Shown: positions 1 through 8,547, numbered from the stretch's first letter. The stretch is 30,658 nucleotides of DNA from Patescibacteria group bacterium (GCA_028713575.1 JAQTOB010000008.1:1-30658); one strand, 5' to 3'. Program-made: numbers and translations. The notes: generated from the letters alone by a model not told the origin.

Positions 1-360
1 ATATTTGGCGTTAAAAAACATGCTTTCAGCCGTACCTAATTTCTGCATAAATTTAGAAATACCGTTTTCAATTTTCTGTTCGACGAAAAGATGATAATGA
101 TTTGGCATTAAACAAAAAGCAAGAATATCAACTAATCTCTTTCTGTTTAATCTACGAGGCGTTAATCTACGAGGCGAGACCTCGTAGGTAAGTTTTGTTC
201 TTTGTCTAAATTCAGCCGATAAAGGCTGATCATCATTTAGAATATAAAGATAATGAACAAAACGCAGAAAATCGCCTTCTTCAAGAAAGATATTCCTTTT
301 TTCAACGCCGCGATTAAAAATGTGGTAATATCCCCCTGTAAAAAAATTTAAATTTGCCAT
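1..360 (-). CDS. REP-associated tyrosine transposase (RAYT / IS200-like Y1 transposase), N-terminal 120 codons; continues past the window start
   Basis: My own translation of the minus strand from the ATG at 360: MANLNFFTGGYYHIFNRGVEKRNIFLEEGDFLRFVHYLYILNDDQPLSAEFRQRTKLTYEVSPRRLTPRRLNRKRLVDILAFCLMPNHYHLFVEQKIENGISKFMQKLG... It has the YHIxNRG strand and an HUH-type motif (NHYHL) typical of IS200/RAYT transposases. It is absent from the ORF track because no stop codon falls in the window. Confidence 0.6.
   Translation of the reverse strand, partial: MANLNFFTGGYYHIFNRGVEKRNIFLEEGDFLRFVHYLYILNDDQPLSAEFRQRTKLTYEVSPRRLTPRRLNRKRLVDILAFCLMPNHYHLFVEQKIENGISKFMQKLGTAESMFFNAKY
152..187. repeat. Family A palindrome (CTACGAGG half-site plus full CTACGAGGCGAGACCTCGTAG) inside the partial RAYT coding sequence
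   Basis: Half-site at 152-159 and full 21-nt palindrome at 167-187. Both are read in frame as ...TYEVSPRRLTPRRLN... Confidence 0.8.
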
Positions 361-429
361 TTTTTTTACTATTGAATTTTATTAAATTATTAGATATAAA
401 AATCTACTATTACTATTGTAACGTCCATA

Positions 430-617
430 ATTTACGAGACGAATCTACGAGGCGAGACCTCGTAGGTTCTCGATCTACGAGGCGCGGAATCTACGAGGCG
501 AGACCTCGTAGGTTCTGATGCGGAATCTACGGTCTACGAGGCGCGGAATCTACGAGGCGAGACCTCGTAGGTAAGACCTCGTAGGTAAACGTAAACGTAG
601 GTAAATAACCGTAGGCA
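430..617. repeat. Cluster of family A palindromic (REP-like) units
   Basis: Perfect CTACGAGG-CGAGA-CCTCGTAG hairpins (8-bp stem, 5-nt loop) at 445-465, 491-511 and 550-570, plus partial units (CTACGAGGCGCGG, GACCTCGTAGGT, ACGTAGGT). The cluster lies 70-250 nt upstream of the partial RAYT start. Confidence 0.85.
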
Positions 618-802
618 ACTTGTGGATTGATGCAAAACGTAAATCAATGTCAAGAGAGAAATGACAAATAACAAATTCCAAATAACAAACAAATTTAAAA
701 TCCTAAATTATAAATTATAAATTCTAAACAGTCGGCTTGGGTATTAGAATTTAAGTATTGACTATTATTTGGAGCTTGGTGCTTGTAATTTGTGATTTTA
801 AT

Positions 803-1582
803 TTATATTCCGTATTTTTGCCACTTGGGAACAACAACCTTTACTCTTCTTTCGTAGCCAGAATATTCTCCTATTGCGTTGACCTGAATTCCAATGGGCA
901 AATTGGCGGAAGGAATTAAAGTATAAGTTTCTGATGAATCGCCTATATTGTTGATTCTTAACTTATAATATTTATCCAAATAATTAATGCTCAAAGGGTG
1001 AGGAAAAATGATACTAAAATACTGGCTGGCGGCAGAAGAACAAACTCGCGGGTCCCCGCCAGTATTACATTCATAAACCACAATATCGCTTTCCGTGGAA
1101 CCAATACGCCTAATTTCAATGCTACTGGGATAAACAACGCCGTTAATATCCATATCTAATTGAAAAGATTCCTGGGGGTCCAAGTCAATAATCCAATCAC
1201 CTGTTTGATAAACGATTTCTGTTGTAACTGAATATTTTTGTTCTTCGTCTTCCATTGTTCCGCTTAAATTAAGAGAAAGGGGGTCTTGGTAATTTTTAAA
1301 AACCTGATAACAGGCTTTTTCTTTGGCTGTTTCCGCGGCGAAAAAAGATTTTTCTGAAATTTCTGCTCCTAGAATCACTTGACTGTGACGAATAATTACT
1401 TCTCCGAACAAAACTGTGCCGGTGAGAATGGAAGAAATAATAAGAAGGGTTAGAATTAAAGATAGGGCCCGGGTACTTGGGGACTTGGGCGGTTGAATAC
1501 TTGAGGAAAATGGGAATCGGTCCGCCGATTGACGGATTTTTTTTACTAACTGATTGATTTTTTTAATAATTGAATTTAACAT
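803..1582 (-). CDS. Hypothetical membrane-anchored protein, possibly a PilX-like pilus-associated protein
   Basis: ORF track. There is a single N-terminal hydrophobic segment (ALSLILTLLIISSILTGTVLF) and no G-FTLIE motif. It is the last ORF of the pilin-like gene string, so the function is suggested by context only. Confidence 0.45.
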   Translation of the reverse strand: MLNSIIKKINQLVKKIRQSADRFPFSSSIQPPKSPSTRALSLILTLLIISSILTGTVLFGEVIIRHSQVILGAEISEKSFFAAETAKEKACYQVFKNYQDPLSLNLSGTMEDEEQKYSVTTEIVYQTGDWIIDLDPQESFQLDMDINGVVYPSSIEIRRIGSTESDIVVYECNTGGDPRVCSSAASQYFSIIFPHPLSINYLDKYYKLRINNIGDSSETYTLIPSANLPIGIQVNAIGEYSGYERRVKVVVPKWQKYGI

Positions 1583-1617
1583 AATTTCCTGATTACCTAA
1601 TTTCCCAATTACCCAAC

Positions 1618-2274
1618 TTATTTTTTATAGGTGTATCTTTGGGGCACGGTTTGTTGCAGGACCAATTCCTTTTGTCCGGTTTTTTCAATCAATGATTTTA
1701 ATTTCAAAACAATGGTCGCGCGAGGGTGAGTGTAGGTGGTTGACCCGGCAAAAAAGGGGTCACTGGTCGGATTGATATAAAAATCAAGGCGTTCAATGCT
1801 AACATTGGTCATAGTAATGCTTTGATAATCTACTTCTTCGCAATCAGAATCTTTACATCGCTTAATAATACAGCGGTCAGAAGCGCAGGCCCTTTCGGTT
1901 AATGTCGTTTTATATCTAATTTCATTGCCGTCAAAATCTTTAAGACACAGCATATCAACTAATCCATTTTCAGGAACAGCCCCACAATCTTTGCTTTCGC
2001 CGTAATTATCATAATCAATCATACTCGCCCTAACATCTTTAACAATTAAAATCATCAGATATTGCCCGTCTTCTTGGACGTTAAGTTGACCAAGCCCCTT
2101 TTCCCGCGTGCCAATGACATTGATATAAATCCCCATGGCCGACATAACGGCAATAACCAAAATGCCCATAGAAACCATAAGTTCAATTAAAGTAAAGCCC
2201 GCACTTTTTAAAAATTGCCGATTATTTAAAATTATTGATGGTGCTTTTTCTAAATCACGCATAAATTTTGCCAA
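1618..2274 (-). CDS. Prepilin-type N-terminal cleavage/methylation domain protein (minor pilin / pseudopilin-like)
   Basis: Canonical SAG-FTLIELMVSMGILVIAV motif followed by a Cys-rich C-terminal domain. The true start may be an internal Met (MRDL...). Confidence 0.8.
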   Translation of the reverse strand: MAKFMRDLEKAPSIILNNRQFLKSAGFTLIELMVSMGILVIAVMSAMGIYINVIGTREKGLGQLNVQEDGQYLMILIVKDVRASMIDYDNYGESKDCGAVPENGLVDMLCLKDFDGNEIRYKTTLTERACASDRCIIKRCKDSDCEEVDYQSITMTNVSIERLDFYINPTSDPFFAGSTTYTHPRATIVLKLKSLIEKTGQKELVLQQTVPQRYTYKK

Positions 2275-2389
2275 AATATTTAAAATCTATTTTATAATGC
2301 GTAAACCTCTTTTAGTCTTCCGGGTTTCTGGGAAAATTCTTGCCAGGAGCCCCGACGAGCTCTGTTCTTGGCAATTCTTGGCAGGTCAT

Positions 2390-2494
2390 GACCTGCCAAG
2401 GCGAGACCTGCCAAGGCGAGACCTGACAAGGCGAGACCTGCCAAGGCGAGACCTGCCAAGGCGAGACCTGACAAGGCGAGACCTGACAAGGCGA
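2390..2494. repeat. Tandem 15-bp repeat, 7 units (GACCTGCCAAGGCGA / GACCTGACAAGGCGA)
   Basis: Direct reading gives units starting at 2390, 2405, 2420, 2435, 2450, 2465 and 2480. The array is intergenic between two pilin-like genes and shares the core GGCGAGACCT with family A. Confidence 0.9.
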
Positions 2495-2530
2495 CCCCGC
2501 AAGGAACTCTGCCGGGAATTGTTAGAGAAA

Positions 2531-3082
2531 TTATTCGTCATATCTGCTTCGCCAATCAGTCAAACGGCTTTCCAAAACTACGGTGTGAGTATTTTCCCTT
2601 TCTTGCCAAGAAACCGTGGAAACGATTTTCTTTTCGCAAGGAACAATGCAATTTCCTCCCAAATCTTCGCCATCGGAAATAGTAATTAGACGGCGAAAAA
2701 CCTGCACTGAAGCACAATGAGTATGCAGGTCATCGGATTGTTGACAAAGATGACAATTAAGGCAATTATCAATTATTTCTTCTTCTAAACCAAAATTGGC
2801 TTTAACATTCAAGGCTGTTGCGTTGTAATTAAGAACATAATGACCGTTAACATCTAAACCATATGGCCAAGATTGGTCGGGATTTAAACGATTGCTATTA
2901 ACAATGGCATAAACAATTTCAATGCCTTCACGAGCAAAATTGGTGGCCATAATTCTTTCTGTTGACTGTCCGCCTAAAACAACCTGAGTTAACCCCACGG
3001 TTAAAATAGCCACGATGGCCACAACAATAATACTAACCGCGACAATAGTTTCAATTAAAGACTGGGATTGATTATTAATCAT
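2531..3082 (-). CDS. Pilin-like protein with a degenerate prepilin leader
   Basis: MINNQS-QSLIETIVAVSIIVVAIVAILTVG has a short leader, Glu at +5 and a hydrophobic helix, but Gly-1/Phe+1 are not conserved. The C-terminal domain is Cys-rich and the gene sits in the pilin cluster. Confidence 0.65.
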   Translation of the reverse strand: MINNQSQSLIETIVAVSIIVVAIVAILTVGLTQVVLGGQSTERIMATNFAREGIEIVYAIVNSNRLNPDQSWPYGLDVNGHYVLNYNATALNVKANFGLEEEIIDNCLNCHLCQQSDDLHTHCASVQVFRRLITISDGEDLGGNCIVPCEKKIVSTVSWQERENTHTVVLESRLTDWRSRYDE

Positions 3083-3092
3083 TGATTATTAA

Positions 3093-3254
3093 TTAAAAAA
3101 ATTTTAGAAAAAACAGAGACTTAAAATTTTGTCCTATTATTAGGGGATTTGTTATTACATTTTTAGAAAGTCCTTTGAAAAATTCAATAATATCTTCGCC
3201 AAATTCAGCGGTCCTTTCTTCTCGGTCACATTTTGGTTTTTGGTCATTAGACAT
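3093..3254 (-). pseudogene. Possible truncated four-helix-bundle (23S rRNA IVS-type) protein fragment
   Basis: My own translation: MSNDQKPKCDREERTAEFGEDIIEFFKGLSKNVITNPLIIGQNFKSLFFLKFF*. The ERTxxFGxxIIxFxKxLxKN..TNPLIxQ pattern matches, from memory, the N-terminus of that family. Only 53 codons remain. Confidence 0.3.
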
Positions 3255-3300
3255 TTAAACTTTTATTAGAAATTAAAAATTAGGAATTAGAAATTTTCAT

Positions 3301-3879
3301 TTATTCTGTTTTACGGACATCAATTTCTCCTTGACTATTAACACGCACATAATTATAAAAATTAGCGTCAAGATGTTGAAGTAAAATTAAAACCCGGTCG
3401 GCTCCGGTTAAAGGGATTCCGCCTTCGCCACTGCTAATATAAATCGGGCCATAGGGCGGTTTAAAAATAATTGAAGTTTGCGAGGGGTCAACTATTCTGA
3501 CTTCTTCCGATAAAGTAATGGTTTGAATTTCCGTATCATCAATATCATATTCATAATCATTTGGCTGAGAAGTGTTGGCGAAAAGTTTATATGAATTGGG
3601 GACAGTAGAATTGTCAAAATAAACACCATAACCGCCTTCTGGGCGGGAAGAGTCTATTTGTTTCCCGCTTAGAGCCATCATTTGCGCCTGTTTAATAATG
3701 CCGGCCATTTTTTCTGACGCCGAATTCAAGTCCATGGATCGGCCGCCAGACCGCATATTAGCAAAAATCGCTCCGCCAACCAAAACAGTAATGGCAATTA
3801 CCACCATTAGTTCCACCAACGTGAAGCATTGGTTATTTGAGTGCTTAGATACTTTCAATTTAACAAAATAATTTAACAT
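3301..3879 (-). CDS. Prepilin-type protein (FimT/GspH-like by size and position, a weak assignment)
   Basis: NNQC-FTLVELMVVIAITVLVGG motif, with Cys where the usual Gly-1 is expected. It lies in the pilin cluster immediately downstream of pilD. Confidence 0.7.
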   Translation of the reverse strand: MLNYFVKLKVSKHSNNQCFTLVELMVVIAITVLVGGAIFANMRSGGRSMDLNSASEKMAGIIKQAQMMALSGKQIDSSRPEGGYGVYFDNSTVPNSYKLFANTSQPNDYEYDIDDTEIQTITLSEEVRIVDPSQTSIIFKPPYGPIYISSGEGGIPLTGADRVLILLQHLDANFYNYVRVNSQGEIDVRKTE

Positions 3880-4262
3880 TTTAATATTGGAACAATTAAG
3901 CTAAAATTAACCCGATTAACTTTTTTTAAAATCCCAAATTACAAATAACAAATCAGAGATGTGATGAGATGCGTCCCCATCAACGATAAAATTATTCTAA
4001 TTAACCTAATTATTCTAATAAATGCCCAATTTCCAAACCCCAATGTCTAAAAATTTTTGGTCATTCAGCTATTGATTATTGGGATTTTATTAGGTCAATT
4101 AGAAATTAGGTCAATTAGAATAATTAGAAATTTTAATTAAACGTTTAGAATTTAGGATTTTCCGCCAGAGGCGGATCAGCCTTTGGCTGAAGGATTTTGT
4201 AATTGTTTATGATTTGTTGTTTGAAATTTGTAATTTACGGTTATTTTTGTGTTCTAATGTTT

Positions 4263-5108
4263 TCATGTTCTAATGATTATATTAATTATTTCTTGGCCGA
4301 AGATGAAAACAAAAAAAGTTCCCAGGGCCAAAAACGGGCCTAAGGGAATTTCACTTTTAAGTCCTTTTTTCTTAAAAACGATTAAAAATAAACTGACTAA
4401 GGCGCCAATAAAATAAGAAATGACTAAAGCCAAACAAATCATTGACCAATGGCCGAGAGCCACGGCCATAAAAAATCCAATACGCAAATCACCCAAACCA
4501 ATTCCTTTCCCTTTGGTCAAGAGATATTGAACGGCAAAAAACCCGACGCCGATTAAAGTTGTCCAAAATATCTGAACAGAGCGAGCCCAAAAGCTCAAAT
4601 CAATCAAGTGATTTGCCAAAGGCTCGGCAAAAAGATTTAATAATAAAACCAATCCTGCGCCAGACAAAAGCACAGAATCTTCAATCATCATATATTTTAA
4701 ATCATAAACAAAAATAAAGGTTAAAATAAAATAAACCGACCAAGTGCGGAGAATTTTTAAAATATCTAAAACAAAACCTTTTTGTCCTAAAACCAAAAAA
4801 TTGACATCAGAACGAAAAAACCCGACTAAGGGTAAAACAAACAAGGTCCCCATTAATAATTCAATAAGAGGATATTGCCAAGAAATTTTTTGTTGACAAT
4901 GACGGCACTTACCTTTTAATAAAACAAAAGAAATCAAGGGAATGTTGTCGTACCAAGCAATTTGTTTTTTACAATGGGGGCAAAAAGAACGACCAGAAAG
5001 AGATTGTTTTTTGGCTAAACGATAAATCAAACAATTTAAAAAACTGCCAAAAGATAAACCGATGAAAAAAACGCAAACGTAAAAAACAACTATAAGCATA
5101 TAATTCAC
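4263..5108 (-). CDS. pilD: Prepilin leader peptidase / N-methyltransferase (A24 family)
   Basis: Zn-binding CPHC...CRHC pair with WYDNIPLISF, about 8 predicted TM segments, and Asp-containing motifs (YDLKYMMIEDS, GIGLGDLRIG). Confidence 0.9.
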   Translation of the reverse strand: MNYMLIVVFYVCVFFIGLSFGSFLNCLIYRLAKKQSLSGRSFCPHCKKQIAWYDNIPLISFVLLKGKCRHCQQKISWQYPLIELLMGTLFVLPLVGFFRSDVNFLVLGQKGFVLDILKILRTWSVYFILTFIFVYDLKYMMIEDSVLLSGAGLVLLLNLFAEPLANHLIDLSFWARSVQIFWTTLIGVGFFAVQYLLTKGKGIGLGDLRIGFFMAVALGHWSMICLALVISYFIGALVSLFLIVFKKKGLKSEIPLGPFLALGTFFVFIFGQEIINIIIRT

Positions 5109-5406
5109 TTTAACATTTTAACATTTCAACAATTTAAATGACAAATCCCAAGCACCCTGCCTGCGGCAGGCAGGCAAATAATCCAGGCTAGACAGGATCC
5201 CACTCCGCGGGACAAACAAATTTCAAACCCTAAATCCAAATAACTAAAATAAGATTTCTTATAATTTGTTCTGAATTTAAAAAATGAGAATTTAGACATT
5301 GATTTAGAATCTTGCTACTATTATACCAGATTCCGAGCAAATTTTAAAGAAAAAATCCTCGCCTCCGGGATATCTTTGGAGGGTGTACGCCTTCCAAAGA
5401 ACCCTT

Positions 5407-6153
5407 TCAAAATTTGGAGACCAGGTCTCCAAAAAGGTCTCCAAAAATGAGGTCTCCAAAAATGAGATAAAGCCAGCGCACCAGCCCTAAAAACAAAGAA
5501 ATAAACCAGCCGTAATGTTTTTGCCAATAATACGATTGCGCTTGGTAATATAATCTTTTGCGAGTTTTGTTATCGGGCAAACTTTGACCGCCAAAATGAA
5601 TAACTTTTATTTCTGACAAAATTTTCATCCCGTAGCCGATTTTTTTCGCTCGTCGGCAAAAATCCCGGTCCTCAAAATACATAAAAAAATTTTCGTCAAA
5701 ACCGCCCAATCTTTCAAAAACTTTTTTTCTGACGAATAAAGCGGCGCCGGAAAGCCAATCCTTGCCAGAAGCCCAGGGCTGGGGCCGGCCGTCCGGCAAA
5801 ACCAACTGCGGAGCAACGACTCCCAATTTTTTATCTTCCAGAAAAACCTTAACCACCGGATTAAAAATATCTTCTTGAATCAAGGTGTCAGGGTTTAAAA
5901 AAAACAAGGTTTCACCTTGAGCAATTTTTGCTCCCTGATTATTAGCCCGGCTAAAACCGAAATTTTCGCCGTTAATTAGCAATTTAATTTCGGAAAAATT
6001 ATTTTTAATCATCGTCGCGCTGTCATCCGAGGAATGATTATCAATGACAATGATTTCTTTAAAATAAGACCAATAAGGCCGCAGTGAATTTAAACAATTT
6101 TGCAAAGACTTCTTGGCGTTGTAATTGACGATAATAAGAGAAATGTTCATCAA
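5407..6153 (-). CDS. Family 2 glycosyltransferase
   Basis: ISLIIVNYNAKKSLQNCLNSL...IIVIDNHSSDDS...GFSRANNQG...FFLNPDT...FMYFEDRDFC are typical GT2 (rhamnosyltransferase-like) motifs. Confidence 0.85.
   Translation of the reverse strand: MMNISLIIVNYNAKKSLQNCLNSLRPYWSYFKEIIVIDNHSSDDSATMIKNNFSEIKLLINGENFGFSRANNQGAKIAQGETLFFLNPDTLIQEDIFNPVVKVFLEDKKLGVVAPQLVLPDGRPQPWASGKDWLSGAALFVRKKVFERLGGFDENFFMYFEDRDFCRRAKKIGYGMKILSEIKVIHFGGQSLPDNKTRKRLYYQAQSYYWQKHYGWFISLFLGLVRWLYLIFGDLIFGDLFGDLVSKF
5416..5467. repeat. GGAGACC-A-GGTCTCC palindrome followed by a tandem GGTCTCCAAAAA(TGA) x3
   Basis: Direct reading gives GGTCTCC at 5424, 5436 and 5451. The repeat overlaps the last ~20 codons of the GT2 ORF (LIFGDLIFGDLFGDLVSKF*). 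Confidence 0.85.
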
Positions 6154-6158
6154 AAATA

Positions 6159-6908
6159 TTAACTTTTTTTATTTATTTGATAATGTTTAAGTCGTTTTAA
6201 AAAAGAATAGTAAGCAAGTAGTCCGGCATAAATTAACCCTCGCCAGCCGTCCAAAAATCCTTTTTTAAAAATATAAACTTTTAAAAATTTTGCGACCGGA
6301 TAAACAAAAACCTTTTTAAAAGAGGATTTTTCTTGTTCTTGTTTTAATATCTTTGCTTCAATATCGGTATAATTTTGAGACCTTTGAATAAATGATTTAA
6401 TGTTATTATAACTGTGATGAATAATCGGCTGAGTAAAAAATCCGCGAGGACCATTAACGACTACTAGTTCGTGAACCGCTCTTTGAAAACAACTTCCGCG
6501 ACGGAAAATTTTTAATTGATAATCGGGCCAATTCTCTCCGTGCTTCAACCATTTACCAAAAATGATATTTTTCCTTGGTATCCACATCCCGGCGTATTTT
6601 TTTTCTTTCCCCGAGGCAAAAAAATTTTTAATTTCCGTATTTAATTCGGAAGAAATTTCTTCGTCCGCATCCAACGATAAAATCCAGTCGCCCTTAGATT
6701 GAAAAATGGCATAATTTTTATGTTTGGCAAAGTCCTCTTCCCATCTCTGAGAAAAAATTTTATCAGTATATCGGCCGACAATTTCCAATGTTCGGTCAGC
6801 ACTGCCGGTATCCACAACAACAATTTCATCAACTAGGCCTTGAATTGAAAATAAACATCGGCTGATATTTTTTTCTTCATTTTTGGTAATAATAATAGCC
6901 GACAACAT
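6159..6908 (-). CDS. Family 2 glycosyltransferase
   Basis: LSAIIITKNEEKNISRCL...VVVDTGSADRT...SLDADEE are GT2 DxD-type motifs. Confidence 0.85.
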   Translation of the reverse strand: MLSAIIITKNEEKNISRCLFSIQGLVDEIVVVDTGSADRTLEIVGRYTDKIFSQRWEEDFAKHKNYAIFQSKGDWILSLDADEEISSELNTEIKNFFASGKEKKYAGMWIPRKNIIFGKWLKHGENWPDYQLKIFRRGSCFQRAVHELVVVNGPRGFFTQPIIHHSYNNIKSFIQRSQNYTDIEAKILKQEQEKSSFKKVFVYPVAKFLKVYIFKKGFLDGWRGLIYAGLLAYYSFLKRLKHYQINKKS

Positions 6909-6913
6909 ATTTA

Positions 6914-7744
6914 TTATTTTTTAGCAATAATAACCAAATTATCTCCTCGTTGAAAAATAAAGGATAAAAAAGAAATTATTAATTTTATCAACCCCGCAAC
7001 ACTAAAACTTAAACGGTGATACATATTATGGCGAGTATCAACAAGCAGAGTTGTAAAATGATGATTTTCCAATAATTTTTTTAATGAAGTAGGGTCAAAT
7101 TGCCAATAATGCTGTTTAAAAGCAAAACCGTACCAATTCCGCCCCAATAATTTTCGCCAAAAACTGTTAAAGTTCGGCAGTTCAACCAGGATAATGCCAT
7201 CTTTTTTTAAAATGAAATATACTTTTTCTAAAACAGAATTTAAATTACTGATATGTTCAAGGCAATGAATCAGGGTAACGACATCAAAAGAAACTTCGGG
7301 GAAATTAATGGTTGTTAAATCTCCTGTCTTTAAACATTCATTTAAATGGAAGATTTTTTTGCCTCGTTCAATGGCCTTATGACAAGGGTCTATCCCGTGG
7401 GCATCAAAGCCGAAACGCCCCGCCTCTTTGACGAAAATACCCAAATTACAACCCACATCTAGCAGACGACCCGACTGTTTGTGTTTCTTAAGTCTCAACA
7501 AGGTGGCTCTGGCAAATGATGTCCTTAAGGCGAGCTGGTCTTCTCTTTTTAAATAATCATCTTGTTTTTGGTAAAAGTCCGGCTCTTGTTTTAGGGGAAC
7601 AGGCCAAGTGCGAAAGAGGTCGCATTGTCTGCACTTAAGAATTTGATAAGATTCTTCGCCTTTTTTAAAATCTAAAACCAAGTCGTAATCTTTTGCGCCG
7701 CAAACACAGGTAGGAAAATTTTTAGAAAGAAGGATTGATGACAT
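6914..7744 (-). CDS. Class I SAM-dependent methyltransferase with an N-terminal Cys4 element
   Basis: LLDVGCNLGIF (motif I), VVTLIHCLEHI and GIILVELPN, preceded by CVCG...CRQC. Confidence 0.8.
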   Translation of the reverse strand: MSSILLSKNFPTCVCGAKDYDLVLDFKKGEESYQILKCRQCDLFRTWPVPLKQEPDFYQKQDDYLKREDQLALRTSFARATLLRLKKHKQSGRLLDVGCNLGIFVKEAGRFGFDAHGIDPCHKAIERGKKIFHLNECLKTGDLTTINFPEVSFDVVTLIHCLEHISNLNSVLEKVYFILKKDGIILVELPNFNSFWRKLLGRNWYGFAFKQHYWQFDPTSLKKLLENHHFTTLLVDTRHNMYHRLSFSVAGLIKLIISFLSFIFQRGDNLVIIAKK

Positions 7745-7750
7745 ATTTTT

Positions 7751-8461
7751 TTATTTTTGAGCAACGATAATTATATGGCTACCAATAGACGGAAAAAAAT
7801 CTCCAAGTCTTATGGCAATTTTTTTAAAAAATTGAGGAATTCTTGAATTAGTAATGGGGAAAATTATATTAGGTGAAGTTATTTTAAAAATTTTAAAGCG
7901 ATGCTCCTTAAGTTGGTTTGTTAAAGCCGACATTGTATATGCCCTGATATGACCGGCCCCCCTTGCACTATATTCCGGGACAAAGCGAGGATATCGCCCA
8001 AAAAGTATTTTAATTCTATTCTTCAGCGAAACTAGATTCGGCGTTGTTATTATTAGAATACCACCATTTTTCAGGATTCTTTTTAACTCTTCAATAAAAA
8101 AATCTGTGTCGTAAATATGTTCAATGACCTCGCAAGCCGTAATTAGGTTAAATTCCGCAGTGGCGAACGGCAACCTATCTTCTAGATTACAAGTCATAGC
8201 CTTTATTCCTTTTTCATGGGCAAATTTAACAGCCCCAGAAGAAATATCTACTCCAAAAGCATCAAGGTTAAAACTATCTTTCAGTTTTTTGGCAAAAGAA
8301 CCATCGGCACAACCGGCATCCAAAAATTTTTTAAAATGATATTTTTTATTCAAGTTTTTAATTAAATTAAAAACTTTTAAAAGATAAACTTTATCTTCTG
8401 TCCATGCTTTATATTGAGAATATTTAATGGCTTGATTTTTGAAGTGAATGTCCTTTTTCAT
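7751..8461 (-). CDS. Class I SAM-dependent methyltransferase
   Basis: FLDAGCADGSF (motif I), ITACEVIEHI and GGILIITTPN. Confidence 0.8.
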   Translation of the reverse strand: MKKDIHFKNQAIKYSQYKAWTEDKVYLLKVFNLIKNLNKKYHFKKFLDAGCADGSFAKKLKDSFNLDAFGVDISSGAVKFAHEKGIKAMTCNLEDRLPFATAEFNLITACEVIEHIYDTDFFIEELKRILKNGGILIITTPNLVSLKNRIKILFGRYPRFVPEYSARGAGHIRAYTMSALTNQLKEHRFKIFKITSPNIIFPITNSRIPQFFKKIAIRLGDFFPSIGSHIIIVAQK

Positions 8462-8470
8462 ATTTTGCCC

Positions 8471-8547
8471 TGAGACCTAACCTTATTTTTTAACCCTCTA
8501 AAATGCTTTACTGATGCTGATTTTAGAGTGATTTTTCCAATTTGGTG
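8471..8547 (-). repeat. Family B element, degenerate copy (minus orientation)
   Basis: 8484-8545 is almost identical to 8675-8735, but the terminal hairpin is degraded to TGAGACCTAACC. Confidence 0.75.

Noticed and set aside
2135-2689. ORF-track entries 2135-2689 (+) and 2292-2489 (-) with DLPRR / GLALA peptide repeats
   Set aside because: Both are generated by the 15-bp tandem repeat (a multiple of 3, so it is open in several frames). The plus-strand ORF overlaps the 5' end of the pilin-like gene 1618-2274 and the 3' end of 2531-3082 on the opposite strand, while the minus-strand ORF lies entirely in the spacer between them. Neither has start-site support.
5321-5527. ORF 5321-5527 (-) with an HFWRP repeat
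   Set aside because: It is an alternative frame through the GGTCTCC tandem repeat that overlaps the GT2 3' end, so it is a repeat artefact.
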